Below, in pieces: positions 19,208 to 28,301 of a DNA stretch of 64,000 nt. Position 1 is the stretch's first letter. Every line of letters starts with the position of its first letter. The notes beneath the pieces were generated by a model. The model saw nothing but the letters and a program-made list of their open reading frames with translations, was not told where the DNA came from and searched no databases. The DNA comes from a virus. The DNA lies in the IMG/VR virus record IMGVR_UViG_3300045988_129305, positions 25,078-89,077 of that record. One strand, given 5' to 3'. Both the position numbers and the translations under genes were made by a program.

Positions 19208-19561
19208 TTGGCTCAAACATATGAAATAGATATAAATCGGTATAATGGTACTGATTATGATACATTGCTTCCAACTCCTGCAACTCATGCCAGTACACAT
19301 AAGGCCGAGGGGATTGACCCTGTTACGGCAAATAAAACGGCGAGTTTGACTGTGGCCGGTTGGAGCAACAATAAGCAGACGGTTACTGTTCAAGGCGTGA
19401 CGGCAAGTACGTCTGTTGTTGTTTCGCCTAATGCAAATTCTTTTACGGCTTATGGTGAATCTGGCGTATATTGTTCTGCTCAGGCGGTAAATAGTCTGAC
19501 ATTTTCTTGTGAGAGCGTGCCGACTACGGCATTAACTGTAAATGTTTTAATAATTCTATAA
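19208..19561 (+). CDS. hypothetical tail protein
   Basis: 117-aa ORF with a TTG start after AAGGAGTG. Confidence 0.55.
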   Translation: MAQTYEIDINRYNGTDYDTLLPTPATHASTHKAEGIDPVTANKTASLTVAGWSNNKQTVTVQGVTASTSVVVSPNANSFTAYGESGVYCSAQAVNSLTFSCESVPTTALTVNVLIIL

Positions 19562-19577
19562 GAGAGGTTAATCTTAT

Positions 19578-20642
19578 ATGATATTTAATATGGTAGGCGG
19601 AGCTGGTGGCGGCAGAGATGGTGCCGCTATACTTACTGTTCAGGCTCCTATCAATACTGATGTAACAGTATCGAAAGATACTAAATCATATACTAAAAAC
19701 TCTGGCACTACGGGTGTAGTTACATTCCAAGGCTTAACTACTGGCGAATGGGCTGTATCTATAAGCAATGAATTGCAAACACAAACGAGAACGGTAACTA
19801 TAACTACGACGTATTCTGTGGTTATTGCGTTCTTTACGGCTACGATAAACATTACTTATCCTGCTGGTTCAACTTGTACTGTTACTAAGGGCAGTACGGT
19901 ATTTACTGCCCCTGACACAAGCGGTACGTGGGATTGTGTCGTACCGGGCACAGGTACATGGGTTGTCGCTTGTACCGATGGCGCATTAAGTTCGAGTCAA
20001 AATGTTTCTATTACGGCTGATGGACAAACTGAGAGTGTTACTTTAGCGTATTTTACTGCTACGATAGCTGTTACTTATCCCGCTGGTTCTACTTGTTCTA
20101 CTGCTATGGGCGATATAACTCTTAATGCACCTGATACTAGTGGCGCTTGGAATTGTGTCGTACATTATGCTGGTGATTGGGTATTTACTTGTACTGACGG
20201 TTCTCAATCAACAACAAACACAGTTACAATCTCAACAGATGGTGAAAGTAAATCCTTAACGTTGAGTTATCGTCTTTATTTATTTTCGGAGACAGACGGA
20301 AATGTAGGTGGTTTTGTAGTTAGAAATAATTTTACTATAGATAGTAATTTTATGAAATTGCTTGATGGGGAGAACTCCGATGCGTCTCTTAATACTTGGG
20401 TAGATTTGTCTAATTATAATACACTTTATATTGATAGCATAAGAACATATGCTGGAACATTAACCAGAGGATATATATCACCCTCAAAGAGTACCACAAT
20501 TACAGAGGCAGGCTTAAATTTTGGTACTTCATTAACACGTAAAGTTGAATCCTTAGATATATCTGCTTATTCTGGTTCTTATAATATTTGTATCCATGGC
20601 TATTGGACTGTTGCTACAATTTATAACATCTGGCTTGAGTAA
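19578..20642 (+). CDS. structural protein with tandem ~72-aa repeats
   Basis: Two adjacent repeats (FFTATINITYPAGSTCTV..TAPDTSGTWDCVV..ACTDG.. and YFTATIAVTYPAGSTCST..NAPDTSGAWNCVV..TCTDG..). SD GAGAGG upstream. Confidence 0.7.
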   Translation: MIFNMVGGAGGGRDGAAILTVQAPINTDVTVSKDTKSYTKNSGTTGVVTFQGLTTGEWAVSISNELQTQTRTVTITTTYSVVIAFFTATINITYPAGSTCTVTKGSTVFTAPDTSGTWDCVVPGTGTWVVACTDGALSSSQNVSITADGQTESVTLAYFTATIAVTYPAGSTCSTAMGDITLNAPDTSGAWNCVVHYAGDWVFTCTDGSQSTTNTVTISTDGESKSLTLSYRLYLFSETDGNVGGFVVRNNFTIDSNFMKLLDGENSDASLNTWVDLSNYNTLYIDSIRTYAGTLTRGYISPSKSTTITEAGLNFGTSLTRKVESLDISAYSGSYNICIHGYWTVATIYNIWLE

Positions 20643-20653
20643 TGGAGGAGACT

Positions 20654-20953
20654 ATGACAATCTACATAGACAACGACTACAAGTGCCATGTCACACACCA
20701 CGGCACGATGACCGCCGTCAAGACCGATGTATTTGACGGCAAGTGCGCAGCCTACATAGAGGGTTATCGCTATGTCCCCACGGGACATACGTGGACACGT
20801 GACGACGGCGTAGAGTTTACGGGTGAGATGATCTCCCCGTGGCGCGACTGGGCGGAGCTCGACGCGGCGCAGCGTGAATACGAGCGCCAGCAGCTCGCAC
20901 AGTACGAATCCGCACTGACGGAAATAGAATCCGCGCTGGGGGTGAATACATGA
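20654..20953 (+). CDS. hypothetical protein on GC-rich island
   Basis: ATG 20654 after GGAGGAG (track start 20642). The sequence is sharply more GC-rich than its flanks. Ends in an acidic/Gln-rich helix AELDAAQREYERQQLAQYESAL. Confidence 0.6.
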   Translation: MTIYIDNDYKCHVTHHGTMTAVKTDVFDGKCAAYIEGYRYVPTGHTWTRDDGVEFTGEMISPWRDWAELDAAQREYERQQLAQYESALTEIESALGVNT

Positions 20954-21075
20954 CGATAGAAGAAAGGAAAAACGCTATCCTTGCCAAAATCGCGGAAATA
21001 AAGCAGAGTGGAACTGACGAGGAAAAGCAAGACATGAAAGCTGTATTGAATGTGTTAGAGGCAGTAGATAAATGA
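20950..21075 (+). CDS. small hypothetical protein (41 aa) on GC-rich island
   Basis: ATGA start/stop overlap with the previous ORF. MTIEERKNAILAKIAEIKQSGTDEEKQDMKAVLNVLEAVDK. Below the track cut-off. Confidence 0.4.
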   Translation: MTIEERKNAILAKIAEIKQSGTDEEKQDMKAVLNVLEAVDK

Positions 21076-21141
21076 GTCATTGCGATAATGCAAAGGCTGC
21101 AATTGACGCTATGCTAAGAAAGGCAGGCAGAAAGGAATAAA
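21073..21141 (+). CDS. very small hypothetical ORF (22 aa)
   Basis: ATGA overlap with the previous ORF. Its stop abuts the endolysin ATG (TAAAATG). Weak support only. Confidence 0.25.
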
Positions 21142-23484
21142 ATGACAATTACTGAAAGAGCAATATATATTTATAATGCTTTACGTAAGGCTGGTATGAC
21201 ATATGCTGGTGCTATTGGTACAATTGGCAATCTCCAAGGTGAAACGAGCGATTTTGACCCCATGAGTTGTGAGACTGCATATCTTAATCGTTTTAAGCTT
21301 ACTGATGCTGAATATACTAGACGTGCTGATAATGGCGAAATTATATATAACGGCAAATATTTCGAAAAAGATTCGGCTGGTTATGGTATAGTTCAATGGA
21401 CTTGGTGGGAGAGAAAGCGTAATTTACTTAATTATGCAAAATCTCAGGGCAAATCTGTGGGTGACTTAGATGTTCAGATTGCATTTATGATAAAAGAGAT
21501 GCAGACACGCTACACTTCTGTATGGAAAGTGGCAAGCACAACTACTGATTATGCTAAGGCTGTTAAAATTTGTGTAACAAATTATGAAAAACCTGCCAAT
21601 CAGTCTCAAGCTATTTCTACTCGTTGTGCTTATGCAAAGGCATGGATGAATATTATTAAAGATAAGGCTATAATTCCTGATGAGCCTAAGCAAGATGATA
21701 CGCCTACTGTTAGTAATTCTTTTGACAGAAAGAAAATAATCGCGCTTGCTGAATCTGAGGTTGGCTATCTCGAAAAGAGAACTAATGCACAATTGGATGA
21801 TAAGACGGCTAATGCCGGATATAATAATTATACTAAGTATGCTCGTGATTTAGATGCGGTTGGTGGTTTTTATAATGGTAATAAACAGGGCTATGCTTGG
21901 TGTGATGTGTTTGTTGATTGGCTTTTTGTTAAATGCTTTGGTGTTGAAAATGCTCTTAATCTTCTTTGCCAAAAGATGGGTTCTTCTGGTGCTGGCTGTA
22001 CTTATTCACTCAACTATTATATAGCCAATAAGCAATATTATACTAGAGCTACTAAGCCTCAAGTTGGCGACCAGATATTCTTTGGTAATGTTGGTTCTAG
22101 TAATCATACTGGCTTAGTATACAAAGTTGACGATACGACTGTTTATACCATTGAGGGCAATACGTCTGGCTCTGCTGGTGTTATATCTAATGGTGGCGGC
22201 GTGTTTAAAAAGTCTTATCCACGCAATTATAGCCTTATAGCTGGCTATGGTAGACCTAATTATAACGATGGGTTTACTGGCGATTCAGTTGAAGATAGTA
22301 CGGTTGTACCTGTCACCCCCAATGAACCTAAGCAGGATGATAACACGTCTACTTCGACTGGTATGCCTGAAATTAAGAAGGGCGATAAGGGCACATATGT
22401 AAAGAAAGCGCAACAGTTTCTTATAGCTAAAGGCTTTTCTTGTGGCAGTTTTGGAGCCGATGGTGATTTTGGCACGGGTACATATAACGCCGTTATAGCG
22501 TTCCAAAAGGCTAATGGGCTTGAGGCTGATGGTATTATTGGTGAGGCTACTTGGGCTAAATTGCTTGCTGATAATACAAAGAAAGACGAACCGACTGAAT
22601 CTAAGAAAGATAATATCCCTGCTCCTATTCCTACTAAGACTCAATTTGATAGACAGATATTACTTGACGTAGCTTATGCCGAAGTTGGCTATCTTGAAAA
22701 AAAGAGTGAATCACAGCTTGATAACAGAGAAGCCAATGCTGGGCAGGCTAATTTTAATAAGTACGCTAGAGATTTAGACGCTATAAAGAATTATTATTAT
22801 CATGACCGTAAGCAAGGGTTGAATTGGTGTGATATATTCTGTGACTGGTGTTTTGTTAAGGCATATGGAGCGAACGATTCTTTCACTGTAAATTGTCAGC
22901 CCCAATATAGCTATGGTGCTGGTTGCCCTCAGTCTATGGCATATTATAAAGCTCAAAATAGACTTGATACGAAACCTCAGATAGGCGACCAATTCTTCTT
23001 GTCTGATGGCATGGGGTCTACTGGGCATACTGGTTTAGTTATCGGTGTGTCTGATACTATGATTGATACTATTGAAGGCAATCAAGAAGTTCGCAATGGT
23101 GTTGATGGCGTTGTTAAGAAGAAACGTTATATATATGAGATAGCTGGCTTTGGGCATCCTATGTATAATGATGGTTATGGAACTGATGATTATATAGGTA
23201 AAAAGCCCGAAGAAGAAAAGCCTAGCGAACCTCAGCCCGATAAACCCAAAGAGATTAAAGTTGAGTTTAATCCTCCTGTGCTCAAGAGCGGAGATAAAGG
23301 CAATTCAGTCAAGAAGCTTCAGCATCTTTTGATCGACGGTGGTATTTCTTGTGGCTCGTCTGGCGCTGATGCTGACTTTGGCTCTGGCACGTTAAATGCA
23401 GTTAAGATAGCTCAGGCTAAAGCTAAATTGCCTATTACTGGCATAGCAGATGAAGCGATATGGGCTTGGCTTATTAACAATTAA
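21142..23484 (+). CDS. multidomain endolysin: lysozyme-like N-domain, then CHAP, PG_binding_1, CHAP, PG_binding_1
   Basis: N-terminus GNLQGETSDFDP..GYGIVQWTWWERK (phage tail lysozyme-like). Two CHAP units (..YAWCDVFVDW..NHTGLVY..TIEGNTS and ..LNWCDIFCDW..GHTGLVI..TIEGNQ). Each is followed by a PG-binding repeat (KGDKGxxVKKxQxxLI..G.SCGS.GADGDFG.GT.NAV). Confidence 0.9.
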   Translation: MTITERAIYIYNALRKAGMTYAGAIGTIGNLQGETSDFDPMSCETAYLNRFKLTDAEYTRRADNGEIIYNGKYFEKDSAGYGIVQWTWWERKRNLLNYAKSQGKSVGDLDVQIAFMIKEMQTRYTSVWKVASTTTDYAKAVKICVTNYEKPANQSQAISTRCAYAKAWMNIIKDKAIIPDEPKQDDTPTVSNSFDRKKIIALAESEVGYLEKRTNAQLDDKTANAGYNNYTKYARDLDAVGGFYNGNKQGYAWCDVFVDWLFVKCFGVENALNLLCQKMGSSGAGCTYSLNYYIANKQYYTRATKPQVGDQIFFGNVGSSNHTGLVYKVDDTTVYTIEGNTSGSAGVISNGGGVFKKSYPRNYSLIAGYGRPNYNDGFTGDSVEDSTVVPVTPNEPKQDDNTSTSTGMPEIKKGDKGTYVKKAQQFLIAKGFSCGSFGADGDFGTGTYNAVIAFQKANGLEADGIIGEATWAKLLADNTKKDEPTESKKDNIPAPIPTKTQFDRQILLDVAYAEVGYLEKKSESQLDNREANAGQANFNKYARDLDAIKNYYYHDRKQGLNWCDIFCDWCFVKAYGANDSFTVNCQPQYSYGAGCPQSMAYYKAQNRLDTKPQIGDQFFLSDGMGSTGHTGLVIGVSDTMIDTIEGNQEVRNGVDGVVKKKRYIYEIAGFGHPMYNDGYGTDDYIGKKPEEEKPSEPQPDKPKEIKVEFNPPVLKSGDKGNSVKKLQHLLIDGGISCGSSGADADFGSGTLNAVKIAQAKAKLPITGIADEAIWAWLINN

Positions 23485-23495
23485 ACACGCATATA

Positions 23496-23540
23496 CTAAG
23501 AGAGCTAGTAAAATTTATTAGCTCTCTTAGTTTTTTATTT
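23496..23540 (+). terminator. rho-independent terminator
   Basis: 12-bp stem CTAAGAGAGCTA / TAGCTCTCTTAG, 11-nt loop, then T6 ATTTTTT. Confidence 0.8.
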
Positions 23541-23563
23541 TTTGATTGAATTGGAGTGATGAT

Positions 23564-23746
23564 ATGATTACTCAATATCGCTCGGCGTATAATAATTTTT
23601 ATAAAGCACCTACATTTTCTGGTCGTTCGATTGATACTAAGCCAGTTAATGTAGAAAATGGCGCTGTTTACAAAGAAATAGATACGGGCAGGATATATCG
23701 TTATGATGCCGAAAACAACCGCTGGCACGAAGGTAAGGTGAGATAA
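23564..23746 (+). CDS. small hypothetical protein
   Basis: ATG 23564 after GGAGTG (the track start 23546 is TTG). Shares the motif ..Y.EIDTG..Y.Y....N.W.E with the N-terminus of the next ORF. Confidence 0.5.
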   Translation: MITQYRSAYNNFYKAPTFSGRSIDTKPVNVENGAVYKEIDTGRIYRYDAENNRWHEGKVR

Positions 23747-23747
23747 T

Positions 23748-25640
23748 TTGATTACACTTGAAAGACCGGCATATTATGACTCAAAAAGATATAATGAATA
23801 TTGCGGATTAAGTACTGATGATAAAACGATCGTAAGCGCTTATAATGGCGATGAGTTCTATGAAATCAATACTGGTAAATATTACAAATATAATCAAGTT
23901 TCAAATGAATGGGTAGAACAACCTGAAGATACAGCGGCTATTGACACCGGATTACCTCCAATTACTGATGAAACAAGCGGACATTTTTTAAGTAATGATG
24001 GTAATGTTACTCATTGGCAAGCATTAGCATCGAGAAATTTTGTTATTCAATTAACAGAAAATGTCAATAATAAAACTTATACCGCCGATAAGACTTATGT
24101 TGAAATCAAATCGGCGTTTGATGCAAAAGAAAATTTAGTTGTTAGATTAAATAGTAGCGAATTTAGCTTGATGAATGTTGAGTTCGCTAATGAGAATGAA
24201 GCTGGTTTTACTTTTGGTTATACTGAGGTTAGATTAGATGGACAAGTTATTGAAACAAGGTCTATTCAATATACTCACAGCAATGGGGCAGATAATTGGT
24301 CTGATAGCGATGACACTGCCGATTTGTCTGAATATCTATCTTTGTCTGGCGGAATATTAAGTGGCCGGTTACATTTAGCCGACAATCCTACTGAAGATTT
24401 AGAGGCGGCCACTAAGTATTATGTGGATAACCACAACATGATTGTTCGCTTTACATCAGATGCGGTGGCAGGATTTAATGCAGATAAATCTATTCAAGAG
24501 ATCGTAGCCGCTTCTTTAGCGAAAAAATATATAAGTGGTGAACTTAATGGCGATGTATATGGCTTGACTTCTATATCGGCTACAGAAGTGGTGTTTACTA
24601 GAGTTGACGAAAATAAGGTGTCTACGATTAGCTATTTAAATGGCGCATGGTCTAAGTCTGAGCAAACATTATTGCCACTTAAAGGTGGCAAAATGGATGG
24701 CAATATCAACATGAATAGCAATTCTATTACAAGTATACAAAAATTACATGTTGACGGTTCTGCTCCGATTTATATTGGTTCTGTTATTGAACCGGGCATT
24801 AATGCCCCACGGCTGGTTGGCTCTACAGGCGGCTCAGCAGCATTTGTTAAAGCATCTTCTCAGAGTGAATATGTACCAGTTGCTGTTGGAACTCCAAGCG
24901 CACCAGATCACGCTGTTAATTTACGGCAATTAACCCAAGAAGTATTGGCAGATGCGCCTACGGCTGATGGTTGTATTGCTAATAAGAAATATGTTGATGA
25001 TTGTGTTGCTCGAAAAGTACCATTGGTAGCGGCTAATCCGGGTGAATTAAAGGCATATCTCCAAAATGGTACTAAGCCTGATGTTTGTTTAGTATCTGAT
25101 GCTGGTGGAGCACAATGTATAGCAAGATATACAAGTGATGGGCATTTAATTGATACTCACGCTCCTACGGGCGATAATCAATTAGCGAATAAAAAATATG
25201 TCGATGATAAATTAGCGGCATATAGTAATGTATCTGGCAGTTTACAAATAGCTGGCGATTTAACGGTAAATGGCTCTGCCGCTGTTATTAAAGCACCTGT
25301 TAATAATGTGGATATTCCAAATAAGGGCTATGTCGATACTCAGATTAATTCGGCTGTGGCAGACACAGTAAGGAAACAATCTATAGAAGTTGGAGCTAAT
25401 TCAAGTGTTGATGTTACTTTATCTAACGGCGTTTATTTAGTAACTACTTCAGATAATGCGCATGGTGGCTTAACTTGTGTAGCTGTTTATCCTGATGGCG
25501 AAACAATTACTGGTTTAGTCAATCTGAATGGTTGGAAATGCGAGAAAATAACTAGTGGTAAGGGCATTAATTTAACTAATGTCGTAGGCACAAGTATGAC
25601 TGTTTATATAACCTCAATAGGTGAGGGTACTTATAGATAA
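23748..25640 (+). CDS. tail fiber-like protein
   Basis: 630 aa, TTG start after AAGGTGAG. Fiber motifs LSLSGGILSGRLHLADNPTEDLEAATKYYVD, LPLKGGKMDGNINMNSNSI, and repeated (A/P)NKKYVDD. Confidence 0.75.
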   Translation: MITLERPAYYDSKRYNEYCGLSTDDKTIVSAYNGDEFYEINTGKYYKYNQVSNEWVEQPEDTAAIDTGLPPITDETSGHFLSNDGNVTHWQALASRNFVIQLTENVNNKTYTADKTYVEIKSAFDAKENLVVRLNSSEFSLMNVEFANENEAGFTFGYTEVRLDGQVIETRSIQYTHSNGADNWSDSDDTADLSEYLSLSGGILSGRLHLADNPTEDLEAATKYYVDNHNMIVRFTSDAVAGFNADKSIQEIVAASLAKKYISGELNGDVYGLTSISATEVVFTRVDENKVSTISYLNGAWSKSEQTLLPLKGGKMDGNINMNSNSITSIQKLHVDGSAPIYIGSVIEPGINAPRLVGSTGGSAAFVKASSQSEYVPVAVGTPSAPDHAVNLRQLTQEVLADAPTADGCIANKKYVDDCVARKVPLVAANPGELKAYLQNGTKPDVCLVSDAGGAQCIARYTSDGHLIDTHAPTGDNQLANKKYVDDKLAAYSNVSGSLQIAGDLTVNGSAAVIKAPVNNVDIPNKGYVDTQINSAVADTVRKQSIEVGANSSVDVTLSNGVYLVTTSDNAHGGLTCVAVYPDGETITGLVNLNGWKCEKITSGKGINLTNVVGTSMTVYITSIGEGTYR

Positions 25641-25661
25641 GTAGAAAGGAAATGATGTTAT

Positions 25662-26174
25662 ATGGCTAAATATTGTGGTGGAATAAAAATAGACGAAACT
25701 ATGAAGATTATTAACGGCGTTATCTGTGATGCTAATGCAACGACGGTTGATGTTAGTAAAGCTGTTTCTGTTTGCGGTCAATTATGGGACGGTAATTTAT
25801 TTACTGTCTCTGATAAGGTAATTACCTTACATAGCTCTGAGGGTGAAGATGTTGGTACGCCTACAAAGATTAAAGGTAATTGCGGTATAGGTCTTGATGG
25901 GCGTTTTTTCAAGCCGTCTAAGGGCGTTGTTTCTCTTCAAGACGGCTTTGTTCTTACTGTTAATGTTACTCCTACTGATGCTATTATTAAGGTGGCTGAC
26001 GCTGATAGCACCATGATTGCTCCTATCACTGGTACGACTAATACCTTCTTGCTTAGTGGCCTTGGCGATACTTATACTGTTGAAGTAAGCAAGACTGGTT
26101 ATACTACTAAGACTCAGACTGTTACTAATAACGCCGACCAAAAGATTGCTATTACTCTTGAAGCGGCGGGTTAA
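25662..26174 (+). CDS. PEGA/carboxypeptidase-regulatory-like beta-sandwich protein
   Basis: 170 aa. C-terminal LTVNVTPTDAIIKVAD..YTVEVSKTGYTTKTQTVT is PEGA-like. Confidence 0.6.
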   Translation: MAKYCGGIKIDETMKIINGVICDANATTVDVSKAVSVCGQLWDGNLFTVSDKVITLHSSEGEDVGTPTKIKGNCGIGLDGRFFKPSKGVVSLQDGFVLTVNVTPTDAIIKVADADSTMIAPITGTTNTFLLSGLGDTYTVEVSKTGYTTKTQTVTNNADQKIAITLEAAG

Positions 26175-26183
26175 TATGTAATT

Positions 26184-26233
26184 ATAGGGAACATATATTA
26201 TCTTAATTGATGTATATATTCCCTATTTTTTTC
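26184..26233 (+). terminator. putative terminator at the convergence point of late and early modules
   Basis: 8-bp stem ATAGGGAA / TTCCCTAT with a large AT-rich loop, then T7. Confidence 0.5.
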
Positions 26234-26340
26234 TTTATTTATTTAGTATAATTTTAATGCTAAAATCGCTTGTAATTTAATGTGATAATTTATATTAGTT
26301 AAGTGATAGGATTAAAATTAGACTTGTTTTTATTGATTAT

Positions 26341-26817
26341 TTATGTACCGCTTGAGCCAAATCCGTTAGCTCCTCTATCTGTTGCGTCAAGTTCGTCAAC
26401 TTCGGTTAGATTAACATCGAGGACGGGCAAAATAGCAAACTGAGCTATTCTATCATCATGTTTTATAATTTGCGTTTCGTTACCGTCGTTGTATATTGAT
26501 ATTAGCCATTCGCCAACATATCCGCTATCTATTATGCCAGTGCTGTTAGAAAGACGCAAATGACGCTTGATACCCATGCCACTACGAGGGAATACAGCGG
26601 CAAAATAGCCGTTAGGAATATTGGTAGCAAAACCGGTATTAATAGTCTTAGCACAACCCGGTTCGATTCTTATGCCATTTATATCTTCTCGTATATCCCA
26701 ATCATAAAATATATCATTGGGGCAATCGGCATAAATATCAAAACAAGCATCGCTGGGATGAGCTTTAGCTGGGGTGATAGCTGTATTAGTAAGACGTTTT
26801 ATTTTTATATCAATCAT
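26341..26817 (-). CDS. dut: dUTP diphosphatase
   Basis: Motifs AHPSDACFDIYA, FPRSGMGIK, IDSGYVGEW and RGANGFGSSG. The real start is ATG 26817 (ATGA overlap with the upstream stop), not the track start 26919. Confidence 0.9.
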   Translation of the reverse strand: MIDIKIKRLTNTAITPAKAHPSDACFDIYADCPNDIFYDWDIREDINGIRIEPGCAKTINTGFATNIPNGYFAAVFPRSGMGIKRHLRLSNSTGIIDSGYVGEWLISIYNDGNETQIIKHDDRIAQFAILPVLDVNLTEVDELDATDRGANGFGSSGT

Positions 26818-27067
26818 TGATTGCCTCGATTTCAAGTGTTCTGTCGTTATCTTCATAATAATGCTTAATAGTAGAAATATCCATTGCATCACAAACGGCG
26901 TCAACAATGTTATCGGCACAATCGGCTATTTCTTTATTATTCATCTTGAGAAACATCACAACGAACATATTATACCATGTTTCTCTATTCCATGACTTAA
27001 ACTGATTAACATCAACGTCTATTGTACTTGCGTCAGTAATAATAGGCGTTTCAGACTTTTTAGGCAT
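26810..27067 (-). CDS. hypothetical early protein
   Basis: 85-aa ORF translationally coupled on both sides. Confidence 0.55.
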   Translation of the reverse strand: MPKKSETPIITDASTIDVDVNQFKSWNRETWYNMFVVMFLKMNNKEIADCADNIVDAVCDAMDISTIKHYYEDNDRTLEIEAIND

Positions 27068-27399
27068 TACTTATCCTCCTTAATATATTTCTTAAATAGC
27101 TCATTATATCGACCAGTATTACCAGTTATGCGCTTAATAATACAAGCCATAAGCCCTTTTTCTGCATCAAACGGCTCACCATTTTGAGCTTTAACGACTG
27201 TCTTAGTATTATCTGACCAAAATACTATTGTTGCAGGAGGCGAGAATCGAACGTCTTTTATAGATATGCCAATATCTATCTTATCTGTAGGGTAAAATCT
27301 AATAGGAGTGTTGCCAAGTATTTTTTTAATCATTTCTGGGGTGATATATACTTTAGCATCAAGTGATGTTGCAAAGGGGTTATATCCATCAAAGTGCAT
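27067..27399 (-). CDS. conserved hypothetical phage protein
   Basis: 110-aa ORF with AGGAGAATAAGCAATG upstream. No function recognised. Confidence 0.6.
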   Translation of the reverse strand: MHFDGYNPFATSLDAKVYITPEMIKKILGNTPIRFYPTDKIDIGISIKDVRFSPPATIVFWSDNTKTVVKAQNGEPFDAEKGLMACIIKRITGNTGRYNELFKKYIKEDK

Positions 27400-27402
27400 T
27401 GC

Positions 27403-28047
27403 TTATTCTCCTTTCTTATAAGCTATGTTATAAAATTCTTCAAGATAAGGGATGTTATCAAAACAAGCTTCTCTAAACGGCTCCCATTCTTCCTTGAGCT
27501 TATGTCCATCTCTCTGGTGCATTATGTTAAGCATTGTTTCAAATGAACCGTCCCATGTTGCCTTCATCATATAACTTTCGGGTAAAAGCTCAATCAATGC
27601 CCTCCAATATTTTCTATCATGTGTTTCGTTGTACATGATTCTGAGCTGGTCACAAGCATTAATAGTATTGATTAATGCATCATGGGCTATGGGAATTTCT
27701 ATACAACATTCATGTGCGAAATCATCAAGCTCAAACGGCTTAATATGTATTGTGTGCATCTTAGAGCATGAGTTGCGAGTAGTGCCGATTTTATATGTAT
27801 CAAACTCGGCCCACCAGAACATAGGCGCTGTTATATCCATCTGAACATGAATCATTCGAGTAAATTTCCTATGTTCTGTTCCAGCTTTGACAAGAGTCGA
27901 TGCAAGCCTCATGTCGTTTTCGCCGATGTAATAACCGTTACTTGCGGTGTTATAACTATCTGATTTTGCATAACTCTGCTTAGGGTTCCTCATACCACGA
28001 ATAGCGGCTTCCCAACCAAATGTTTCCATGTTTTCTACTTTAATCAT
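27403..28047 (-). CDS. ThyX (Thy1)-like protein with substituted signature motif
   Basis: ITAPMFWWAEFDTYKIGTTRNSCSKMH aligns to the ThyX block APIFVARQWFRHRxxSxxxxSxRY, but RHR becomes TYK and S..S.R becomes T..C.K. It lies next to dut. Confidence 0.55.
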   Translation of the reverse strand: MIKVENMETFGWEAAIRGMRNPKQSYAKSDSYNTASNGYYIGENDMRLASTLVKAGTEHRKFTRMIHVQMDITAPMFWWAEFDTYKIGTTRNSCSKMHTIHIKPFELDDFAHECCIEIPIAHDALINTINACDQLRIMYNETHDRKYWRALIELLPESYMMKATWDGSFETMLNIMHQRDGHKLKEEWEPFREACFDNIPYLEEFYNIAYKKGE

Positions 28048-28050
28048 ATA

Positions 28051-28284
28051 TTACCTCTCGTCTGGCCAGATATATCTTTCAACGAATAGATTGGTTTCGT
28101 TAACATCATAGTCGTGAAGAACATCTATGATTCGCCACACATTATAAAAACACACATCATAAACACCATCCTCGACAAATGCTATAAGTTCACCGTTAAT
28201 GGGACGAGTATCAAAGTATTCATTATCATCAATATCTATCAGGTGTTTTTCTCTGCCGAGTTCGCCTTCAAATACTCTTATCAA
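28051..28284 (-). CDS. hypothetical early protein
   Basis: 77-aa ORF, TTG start 17 nt after the previous stop, with AAGGAGTG. Confidence 0.5.
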   Translation of the reverse strand: MIRVFEGELGREKHLIDIDDNEYFDTRPINGELIAFVEDGVYDVCFYNVWRIIDVLHDYDVNETNLFVERYIWPDER

Positions 28285-28301
28285 TATATCACTCCTTATA
28301 T

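Noticed and set aside
26818-26919. N-terminal extension of the dUTPase ORF in the track (start 26919)
   Set aside because: The extension is hydrophobic, overlaps the upstream gene by 110 nt and lacks an SD. ATG 26817 forms an ATGA overlap with the upstream stop and gives a canonical-length dUTPase.
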